Below are positions 35,709 to 43,438 of a stretch of 64,000 nucleotides of DNA, in pieces. This DNA is from a virus. Where the stretch lies: positions 1-64,000 of IMG/VR virus record IMGVR_UViG_3300046779_002131. The stretch is one strand, 5' to 3'. A program made the position numbers and the translations under genes. A model generated the notes under the pieces. The model had not been told where the DNA came from. It did no database searches and saw only the letters and a program-made list of their open reading frames with translations. The number at the start of each line of letters is the position of its first letter. Within the stretch, counting starts at the first letter, position 1.

Positions 35709-38347
35709 AGACTTTCATCTTCTAAACGATCAATCAGCTGTTGAACTATGATGCGGTAAGCCTGTGGAGTGGGTGCTTTGGGCCATGAATGACTGCGCTC
35801 TTGATTAAGATTAAAAACTCTCACAGTATTGGTCGTTGGATCAAATCTAACTTTAAACCCACCATGAACCCAGTCGCCTTTTGTTCCCGGAAGCTCCACA
35901 GCTTCTTTTACGCCGCGATATAGTACTCGTCCGGTCTTGGGATCACGTTCGTAGTGATGATATTCTGCAGTGACTAGACTTTCGTTGGTATTCTTTTTGA
36001 CCTGATGTTCGGGATTGTCAGTGTTCCACTGCTCAATTTCTTGATTGATTTTTTTGACACGTTCGCGCCAATAACGTTCACGTTCGTCTACATCATAACC
36101 AGCACGTTTTAAGTTTTGTTTCAAACGGTCAGCAGCTGATGGTGTGGGTCGACGACGCACTTCTGACACATCGCGTTGTCGGAACCCAAACGCTCGATCT
36201 ACATATTCTAGCACTTGGTCTGCGCTGTCAATAGTAAGTGGGTCAGTGCCACTGTACATTACATCAAAGTTGCCGGCGTAACGGCCCAGTGCCCAACCAA
36301 ACCAGGCCGGATCACTGGGATCATATTCTAATGTAAGTGCATTGTTACCGCGGCTATATTCAGCAAAGTTCTGCGAACCTTCAAAGCTAAATCCAAAACT
36401 ATCTAAGGTTCTGCGCATGTAATTTACAAGCTGCGTCCAATCCATGCCGCGATCACTACCGTCACCGGGTGCAAACTCATTGAGTCCAATACCTAGTCCT
36501 GAGCCCTGTACCATCTTTCCGTACTTGGCCCACCAATCACCTTTGCTCATCTTATAACGACTTTGGAATGCCATCTCGGGCAAATGTTTGTAGTCTTGAT
36601 ATTGAATAGCAATTTCTTTGACACGACCTTCCATGACACTTTCTTCGCAGTTCCAGCGACGACGTGCTTTGCATATTGCTTTGTCCGGAGTCTTGGAACA
36701 GTCAATGTGATGCATTTTCTTTTGTCCTGCTGATCTAGAACAATAACTTGATCTGCGTTTGGATGCTTTGCTACCACGCTTTAGTTTGCTGGGCTTGGTT
36801 GTCACAGCAGTCTGTAGTTTTGAGCCAGGATTTTCACGACGATAAGCATTCACAGCCTTTTGACTCATGCCATCAGTCTTGTCCTTTTTATTGGCTTTTT
36901 GCCAATCTTCTTCAACACTTTCTGCAGGTACACAATTGTTGACTCGGACTCCGCCCTTGACCTTTGTTTTAGGGTTTCCAATCTTTTTGCCTGACCAGCA
37001 TTTAGGATCTAGGCGTGTTTTTTCTTCTGCCACACCTTCATTTTTAGCTGTCTTGGCAGCGTCCTTCCAGTCTTGGGCCGACGGGGCTAGTGGATGTCCT
37101 TTTGGTCTACTAGTGCCTGCCTTCTTGCGCTTGTTGACATTGTAGTAAAGACCTTTTTTGGCTTCTTCAGACACATTCTTATTGCCCTGTGCAATCAATT
37201 TTCTCAATTGATCCATTTCTTGTCTAATGGCGTTGTGTTTTTTCCATACACTGTGATCGTCGCTGTATTCGTAGCTAGTGTCAAATATTTTTTCTAAGTA
37301 AGCTAAACGTTCTTTGGCTTGTGCAATATCATCTGCGCCTTCCGCCACACCTTTTTCTTTATTCTGTTCTTTCTGATTAGGATTCAACTTCTTACGAATA
37401 GCATCTGCGACAGGATTACGACTACGGCTATATCTTAGATTTTCTTCACGCTCTTTGCTGTCATCTTGGTAGCCTTCCGCCACACCTTGCGACATGATCC
37501 AACCTTGGCCAGCACGAGTATCAAACTCGCCGACCTTTTCACCATCCCAGCTTTGTGCTACAATTAATGTTTGATTCTTTTGCATGTGCTTATCTGCACC
37601 TAATGCATCAACCTGATCTAACCATTGATTGTAGTCGTTTAACTTTTGAACGTTGTTGTGAGATTCTGTAAATCTATCATCAGTATCGTAGTCAAAACGC
37701 GGGATCATTCTACCGGCTTTTGCATCGGACGCCACACCGCTAAATGATGTCTTTTGTGGAGCACCAACTCCACCGCCAGCATAACCACCGGCGCCAATTT
37801 TTTCACCAGGTTGGCGACCACGATCACCTGTGCCAGAGGGAACATATCCTTGAGCATACCCTTGTCGAGTCACACGAGTCACGCCCTTGCGACTACGGTC
37901 AATGTTCATTTTGCCGTGTGGACCTGAATATTCTGAACTGTTTTCGGCCATGCCTGCTGCTGCGGCATCTTGTTGAGTCATGCGTTGAGTTTCTTGCTCA
38001 CGTTCTACATCACTCTCAAGATCGTTTGGGTTAGTATCTACTTCATTGAAATTTTTTTTTACTTCGCCTAGCGCACGTTGACGATCAATCATGCCACGTA
38101 GTTTGGCCATGTGTGCATCAAACCACACTGGATCAACTAAGTGACGCAGGAACTCATCCATCTTACCGGCTTTTTGAAACGCACGGAACTGTCCACCTAG
38201 GTATCTTGCTTCGGGGTAGGTAAGAGTAATGGGTTCATTGCCCACAATCAATTCTACATCTTGACTATTTTTAATGGCATTCAACAAGCGTCTAAGATTG
38301 TCTTGACCTTGGTGTCCTGTGGTTTCGTATAAGTTGGTGAATAGCAT
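35705..38347 (-). CDS. modular 880-aa protein, probable virion-internal polyprotein
   Basis: Short unrelated modules separated by GVAE/GMAE/VSE/VEE/LNE motifs; several basic Cys-containing modules. Confidence 0.75.
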   Translation of the reverse strand: MLFTNLYETTGHQGQDNLRRLLNAIKNSQDVELIVGNEPITLTYPEARYLGGQFRAFQKAGKMDEFLRHLVDPVWFDAHMAKLRGMIDRQRALGEVKKNFNEVDTNPNDLESDVEREQETQRMTQQDAAAAGMAENSSEYSGPHGKMNIDRSRKGVTRVTRQGYAQGYVPSGTGDRGRQPGEKIGAGGYAGGGVGAPQKTSFSGVASDAKAGRMIPRFDYDTDDRFTESHNNVQKLNDYNQWLDQVDALGADKHMQKNQTLIVAQSWDGEKVGEFDTRAGQGWIMSQGVAEGYQDDSKEREENLRYSRSRNPVADAIRKKLNPNQKEQNKEKGVAEGADDIAQAKERLAYLEKIFDTSYEYSDDHSVWKKHNAIRQEMDQLRKLIAQGNKNVSEEAKKGLYYNVNKRKKAGTSRPKGHPLAPSAQDWKDAAKTAKNEGVAEEKTRLDPKCWSGKKIGNPKTKVKGGVRVNNCVPAESVEEDWQKANKKDKTDGMSQKAVNAYRRENPGSKLQTAVTTKPSKLKRGSKASKRRSSYCSRSAGQKKMHHIDCSKTPDKAICKARRRWNCEESVMEGRVKEIAIQYQDYKHLPEMAFQSRYKMSKGDWWAKYGKMVQGSGLGIGLNEFAPGDGSDRGMDWTQLVNYMRRTLDSFGFSFEGSQNFAEYSRGNNALTLEYDPSDPAWFGWALGRYAGNFDVMYSGTDPLTIDSADQVLEYVDRAFGFRQRDVSEVRRRPTPSAADRLKQNLKRAGYDVDERERYWRERVKKINQEIEQWNTDNPEHQVKKNTNESLVTAEYHHYERDPKTGRVLYRGVKEAVELPGTKGDWVHGGFKVRFDPTTNTVRVFNLNQERSHSWPKAPTPQAYRIIVQQLIDRLEDESL
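37337..37488. repeat. 17-bp exact direct repeat AAGGTGTGGCGGAAGGC (minus strand) at 37337-37353 and 37472-37488; near copy at 37024-37038
   Basis: Read directly; encodes xGVAEG, copies 135 bp apart. Confidence 0.9.
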
Positions 38348-38348
38348 A

Positions 38349-39011
38349 TTATCGTTCTTCTATATAATCAGGCACCATTACGTCAGGCGCTGGCTGTTGG
38401 CGTTGTGCTTGTTGTGCGTTTTGGCGACGTGCTACAAAGATATCACAGGCCAACTGTGCTTCATCAAGATCTTGGAACACCGATGTCAAGGGTTTGGCAT
38501 TGACAGTGATACGGAATCCATCGTCCTCGTTGCCGTGAATTTTAATTTCGTGTCCGTCGGGTGTACGAATAGTTTTCACTGGCAGTAATCGTTCAACTGG
38601 ATCTTTTTGTATATTTTGTTTGGCTTTGTTGATAAGCTCTTGATCTCGTTGTCCCAGTCTATCCTCAATGCTTTTTAAGTAGTCATTGAGTCCGCGACGC
38701 ACTGTGCTAATTACATCTTCGTCTTGACGTGTAAGATCACAGTCCTTGGCATCGCAAACACATTCTGACTCTAATCGATCACATGCATCACAATGGGCAT
38801 CTTTGCTTTCACCGCCAACAAAATGTCCTTTGGCCGGATGTTGGGGATAGTCAGGATTGTCTAGCACTGAAATTTTTTTGCTCTTGAACAACGCAGGCAT
38901 CTGCTGCACACTTTTCTGTTGTTGATTTAAGCCATGACGAGGCAATGCCGCAGGTGTCACTGAGCCTTCAAGCAACGACAACTTTGTCAAGATATCGCGG
39001 ATATCGCTCAT
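38349..39011 (-). CDS. hypothetical protein, probable head-internal protein
   Basis: MSDIRDILTKLSLLE N-terminus; IKIHGNEDDGFRI. Confidence 0.7.
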   Translation of the reverse strand: MSDIRDILTKLSLLEGSVTPAALPRHGLNQQQKSVQQMPALFKSKKISVLDNPDYPQHPAKGHFVGGESKDAHCDACDRLESECVCDAKDCDLTRQDEDVISTVRRGLNDYLKSIEDRLGQRDQELINKAKQNIQKDPVERLLPVKTIRTPDGHEIKIHGNEDDGFRITVNAKPLTSVFQDLDEAQLACDIFVARRQNAQQAQRQQPAPDVMVPDYIEER

Positions 39012-39451
39012 GCTCGATCGCCTTTAAGGAAACTGCGTAACATCCAACCATGTTTGCCATGTGCATCAATTCTTTCGGCAATAAAGTTAGCAATGCCCTG
39101 TTGGTTTTCATTTTCAGCAGCAGCAAAACAATTGTTAAGCAATTGCAGCATTTGATTGTTGTCGTTTAATAATTCTTCAATCATTAATCGACTACGTGGA
39201 ACTTTGGTTTGACCAGTGAGTTGGCTAAGTTCAACAAAACGTTCAAAACTTCCAGGAGCATACTCGCCCAAGGTACGAATATATTCAGCGGTTTTATCAA
39301 TTGTGTTATCATAGACTTCTTCGTATATTTCTCCAAAGAATTCATGTAATTGAGCAAAATCTGGGCCTTCAACATTCCAGTGGAAGTACTGTGCCTTTAT
39401 TACATAGGCATAAGCTGTGGCTAATAGGGTTTTTAAAGCTTCACTTAACAC
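39008..39451 (-). CDS. dps: Dps family ferritin-like DNA protection protein
   Basis: HWNVEGPDFAQLHEFF..IYE...DKTAEYIR...HGKHGWML. Confidence 0.9.
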   Translation of the reverse strand: MLSEALKTLLATAYAYVIKAQYFHWNVEGPDFAQLHEFFGEIYEEVYDNTIDKTAEYIRTLGEYAPGSFERFVELSQLTGQTKVPRSRLMIEELLNDNNQMLQLLNNCFAAAENENQQGIANFIAERIDAHGKHGWMLRSFLKGDRA

Positions 39452-39638
39452 TCTTTTTCCTTTTCTTGGGCCGGGGTGTATTGGGCGTGGCCGCGTTTGT
39501 ATATTTACCAGTCAAAAGATTTCCACCCATTCTTGACACAGTGCCTAGGTGACTCAACCCCCCAGCAACTGACGCAATTCCACCTGCAGATGAAGCACCT
39601 GCTGTGGCATTTTCTTTAATAAATTCACTGGCTCTCAT
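39441..39638 (-). CDS. small Gly/Ala-rich protein with CTS-like N-terminus
   Basis: MRASEFIKE; basic C-terminal tail. Confidence 0.65.
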   Translation of the reverse strand: MRASEFIKENATAGASSAGGIASVAGGLSHLGTVSRMGGNLLTGKYTNAATPNTPRPKKRKKSVK

Positions 39639-39930
39639 TTTGTGTACTTCCTATTTTTAATAATCCGCCGGATTTCATACGCCCTGGGCCGTGAATTACA
39701 CGCATGTTAGTGACGTTTAAATGAGCCAAACAAGGCTGAACCAGTTCAAATCTAATTGTGTATTTTCCCGGAACCGCTGAAATTTGAAACAATTCTTCTA
39801 GATAATTTTCAGTCCAAATCCATGTGCGCTCAGCAAACAATTCATCGTTGACAAAGGTTCTGTAAGTGGGTGGTAAACCCTCCCATACACAGTCTACATC
39901 GCAGACAACTTGTACAAATTCCTGGCGCAT
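39625..39930 (-). CDS. hypothetical protein
   Basis: ATG 4 nt after TAAATA. Confidence 0.65.
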   Translation of the reverse strand: MRQEFVQVVCDVDCVWEGLPPTYRTFVNDELFAERTWIWTENYLEELFQISAVPGKYTIRFELVQPCLAHLNVTNMRVIHGPGRMKSGGLLKIGSTQNESQ

Positions 39931-39937
39931 GCTATAT

Positions 39938-41788
39938 TTAGCTGGCGCATTCTAAGGATTCCGGTTGGCTAATTTTGGCAGTGATTCTGGCTTTGCCAAA
40001 ACCTTCTTTTCTACGCAAGATAACATAGGCTAGAAATTGATCTTGATCAGACCAAGCACTGGGATTGGTAAACTGATATTGCTGAAAGTGGTGTTGCAGT
40101 GGGACTTCAGAGTCCAATATTACATCAATTAAATTATTGGGCTGATTGATTGTTTTGATCTGCGGATCTTGGTGGCAAAATATAAAAGCACGTTGAATTT
40201 CAACAACCTGTTCTACAAAGGGATCTTTGCAAATTGATCTGAACCAGCCGGCCAAACGTTGATGATTAGATTCAACGTCTAGATATAGAGCACGAACTGT
40301 GTTCCAAATTGCATAATATCCAGCACTTTGTCCTGAATGAAAGAACTTTTCTACATCAACCCGTATTGTCTGCATCTGTTGATTGAAATACTCGTCTGAG
40401 GGCAACCAAGCTTCTAGACTTTCGTATATCTGTTGAAAGCTCCAGCCCTGAGATCTAAGATATCTAGCATACATTTCGCACCAACCGTGATGATGAAATG
40501 TCACAATCATCCAACTAAAAATTGTAGCGTTGACAAAGTCCTCGGTACTCAGTGTTGAAGTTCCGGTAATAATACTTTGACGTTCGTTGATACCAGATAG
40601 TTCGCACTGCCAATAGTCATTGATTTCTGTGACCGTGATTCCGTATTTTTCCTGATCATCAACCAACGCACTGTTACGCAACAATTCCACTGGGAATACA
40701 AATACACATCCATGCTGACCCATTTCCAACAGTTCAAAATGACCTTGGCGCCAGGAGTCCAGAGTTTCCTCGGGTAGTCCAAGAATTAATTCTGTGTAAA
40801 AAGGTATCTGACGTCGGTTACAGTCTTGAAACAGTGTGCTGAGATCATTGATACGCATGTTCTTGCGTTTGATTGCAGTCAGTGTGGCATCATTCATACT
40901 CTGCACACTCAATGTTAGGCCGCGATTCAATCCTTCAGCTGTGAGCTCTTGAGCAATATCAAGTATGGTTTGATTGGAATTTTTGTACCAATTGGTTTGT
41001 AGTTGCTGAGGAAATCCATACTGTCGCTTTGTTTCAACTAGCTTTTGTACAATAGCACGATCTCGATCAGGAAACACACCAAAGTTAGCATCAGTTAGCA
41101 TCACAAATTCAATGCCATTTTTTCCAGCCCACTCAATTTCAGCAAACACCTTCTCCAGGGGAAATGATTTAATTTTTGAATATGTCAATCCTCCCCAGTC
41201 ACAAAAAGTACAAGCAAACGGGCATCCACGATTGGTTTCAAATGTCATGGCATATTGATGCCTGCGATCCTTGACCAAATCATCAAATAGTCCGGTTAAG
41301 TATGGGCTTGGAACATCGAGGTCAAACAATCTTTGAGCTACATAATCTCTTTTTGGCCTGCCGTCGAGTATGTCCAGCAACACTTCCTGAAACGCATGTT
41401 CGCCCTCGTAGCGTATGGTTATATCAATCCATGAATTTTCTGCACGCCAGGCGCGGTGATCGTCTTCGCCGTTGGGAATACTTGGTCCACCAAATATTAT
41501 TGTACATTCGGGATATCTTTGTTTGATGACTCGACTTAGATGCAGGTTGTACTGTTCATTCCAGACATAGTTACTGAATGCACAGATTGAAGGACAGTCA
41601 AGACTGTTGACTACTTGATCAACTGGATCTCTCAAGATTCCAAAACCAGCTAGGTTAAAATTATCTTTGACTCTGGGATTGGTAACGGCATAACTCCAAA
41701 TGGCACCTACTGCATATGGTAACCAAACTGTAGTCACTGAGCCTATACCAGAAATGAAATTTGGAGCATAAAGGTATACATTGCGCAT
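39938..41788 (-). CDS. cobalamin-binding radical SAM enzyme (class B methyltransferase-like)
   Basis: N-terminal B12-binding domain (FSNYVWN, IFGGP); ETNRGCPFACTFC; DANFG; LILGLPEET. Confidence 0.85.
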   Translation of the reverse strand: MRNVYLYAPNFISGIGSVTTVWLPYAVGAIWSYAVTNPRVKDNFNLAGFGILRDPVDQVVNSLDCPSICAFSNYVWNEQYNLHLSRVIKQRYPECTIIFGGPSIPNGEDDHRAWRAENSWIDITIRYEGEHAFQEVLLDILDGRPKRDYVAQRLFDLDVPSPYLTGLFDDLVKDRRHQYAMTFETNRGCPFACTFCDWGGLTYSKIKSFPLEKVFAEIEWAGKNGIEFVMLTDANFGVFPDRDRAIVQKLVETKRQYGFPQQLQTNWYKNSNQTILDIAQELTAEGLNRGLTLSVQSMNDATLTAIKRKNMRINDLSTLFQDCNRRQIPFYTELILGLPEETLDSWRQGHFELLEMGQHGCVFVFPVELLRNSALVDDQEKYGITVTEINDYWQCELSGINERQSIITGTSTLSTEDFVNATIFSWMIVTFHHHGWCEMYARYLRSQGWSFQQIYESLEAWLPSDEYFNQQMQTIRVDVEKFFHSGQSAGYYAIWNTVRALYLDVESNHQRLAGWFRSICKDPFVEQVVEIQRAFIFCHQDPQIKTINQPNNLIDVILDSEVPLQHHFQQYQFTNPSAWSDQDQFLAYVILRRKEGFGKARITAKISQPESLECAS

Positions 41789-41823
41789 GGCAATATTTAC
41801 TCCTAATTAACAGCGTATTTAAT

Positions 41824-42384
41824 TTAGTAAGGGCGGCCTTCGGCTTCGCTGCGACAGCCTTCGTGCCAGCTGTTGGAATTTCCCGGTGGGCATAAATTGG
41901 GATCCTTGATACCACGAGACTGTGCCCATTTGTCACCGGCCTGATGACCCGAACAATCCTGTGTGCAAGGATACTCGCGCCAAGTCAAGCCATTTTCATC
42001 TAGTTCTTCTTCCATTGGTAGAGCTGCGCTGGGTGCAGGTTTTTTTACAGCACCACCGGCCACGGGTCTGCTACCCCCGGTTGAAATACTAAAAGGACCA
42101 ATCGTGGTTTTTTTAGGCATTTCTCGACCAGTCCAACTTCCATCAGGTTTAATATTGGTTACTTGCACATTAGATGGAACCGAAGCTGCTGCTGCTCGTT
42201 GTGTTTGAATCTCTTGACCAATTGCAGCTTGTTTGTTGCTTAGATCATTAATAGCTTGTGAAATATCAGATGCTGCAATCTTGGCGCCTTGTTGTGTGGT
42301 CATTGCTCCGGCGTCTACAGCATCTTTCCAAGGCATTTCGGCTTCTTGGTAAGATTTTTTCTTAACAAATTCTCGTGCTCTCAT
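41824..42384 (-). CDS. hypothetical protein with CTS-like N-terminus and Cys-rich C-terminal module
   Basis: MRAREFVKK; LDE|NGLTWREYPCTQDCSGHQAG. Confidence 0.7.
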   Translation of the reverse strand: MRAREFVKKKSYQEAEMPWKDAVDAGAMTTQQGAKIAASDISQAINDLSNKQAAIGQEIQTQRAAAASVPSNVQVTNIKPDGSWTGREMPKKTTIGPFSISTGGSRPVAGGAVKKPAPSAALPMEEELDENGLTWREYPCTQDCSGHQAGDKWAQSRGIKDPNLCPPGNSNSWHEGCRSEAEGRPY

Positions 42385-43025
42385 GTTGTTTTATATACCG
42401 TTGAAAATACATTCTTGTAGTCTTTAAAATTCTCATGGCGATCTTGTAATCCACGCATATTGGGATTAATTTGTTTTGTTACAGCACGAGTATCATTAAA
42501 GTTTTGTACGTTGGGACGTACCCGTTGTTTCCAATACCATATGGCAATTTTTGCTGCTATGTCTGGCCTTGACGCCAGTTCTGGCTGACGTTCTAAAGGC
42601 ACGCCCAGTGCTTCTCCAGCACGACGATAGTTGTCTCGGCCTGTGATTTGTATAAAGCCACGCCCTTTGTAACGTTCGCCATCTCCGGGCTGTGTGTTGC
42701 CTAGTACTCTGGCCTTTTGTGGATCTACTCTAGGATCATATCGCAGAAAGTAATTACGATCGCCCATTTCTTGCATGTGTAAAAAACCTGCGGATTCGTG
42801 ATAGCATTGTGCTAGGAACTGTGCCAGTTCTGTGCCTCTAATACCAGCGGATCTAGCAGCACGATGTAATGCTTCTTCTGCCCCGGTATTGGAACTAAGC
42901 AGTGGAGGCCCAACTTTTTCGCCGGCCTGTGCTGCAGGAACACCTGCAGCGGCCATAGCGCCTGCTCCTAGTGCACCTAGGAATCCTCGACGATCTATTT
43001 CAGATATAAACTCATAGGATCTCAT
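42381..43025 (-). CDS. glycoside hydrolase family 19 (chitinase-like peptidoglycan hydrolase)
   Basis: AQFLAQCYHESAGF, LGNTQPGDGERYKGRGFIQITGRDNY and VTKQIN; N-terminal RRGFL twin-arginine-like signal. Confidence 0.9.
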   Translation of the reverse strand: MRSYEFISEIDRRGFLGALGAGAMAAAGVPAAQAGEKVGPPLLSSNTGAEEALHRAARSAGIRGTELAQFLAQCYHESAGFLHMQEMGDRNYFLRYDPRVDPQKARVLGNTQPGDGERYKGRGFIQITGRDNYRRAGEALGVPLERQPELASRPDIAAKIAIWYWKQRVRPNVQNFNDTRAVTKQINPNMRGLQDRHENFKDYKNVFSTVYKTT

Positions 43026-43438
43026 TTAATTCCTTCGGTGATAGGACCACCTTCTACCCAAGCATCACAAGTGCGCTTGGCAGCACATTTAAACTTCAAA
43101 AATTTACAATAGCCTAATGTGCCGGCATCTACAGTGTCGTGAGAGTCTGATCCTGGCTCTGAGCCAATTCCCAGTGCAATGCAGTCCTGAATTTTTTCCG
43201 ACATATCAAATGCAGCACAGTTGCCACAACGATTATGTTTTACTGACTCTATATCGTTGGTATTCCATTTGTCCGCTAGTTCTGCCCAGTATTCATAGTT
43301 TGGTTCGTTAGGATTGAGAGGACCATAGTGGTACTCGTCAATGGCCTTCTGGCGATTTTTAAGGTTTAGATCAATGTTTTGCGTAGCAGGTGGGCAATTA
43401 CGGCTTACTGCTTCTAATATGTTTATAAGATTTCTCAT
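43022..43438 (-). CDS. Cys-rich hypothetical protein (possible metal binding)
   Basis: CGNCAAF...GYC...C...CDAW; MRNLINILE N-terminus. Confidence 0.7.
   Translation of the reverse strand: MRNLINILEAVSRNCPPATQNIDLNLKNRQKAIDEYHYGPLNPNEPNYEYWAELADKWNTNDIESVKHNRCGNCAAFDMSEKIQDCIALGIGSEPGSDSHDTVDAGTLGYCKFLKFKCAAKRTCDAWVEGGPITEGIK

Noticed and set aside
37024-37488. CRISPR array interpretation of the 17-bp repeats
   Set aside because: Too short, too few, irregularly spaced, in frame within a CDS, and no cas genes are present.
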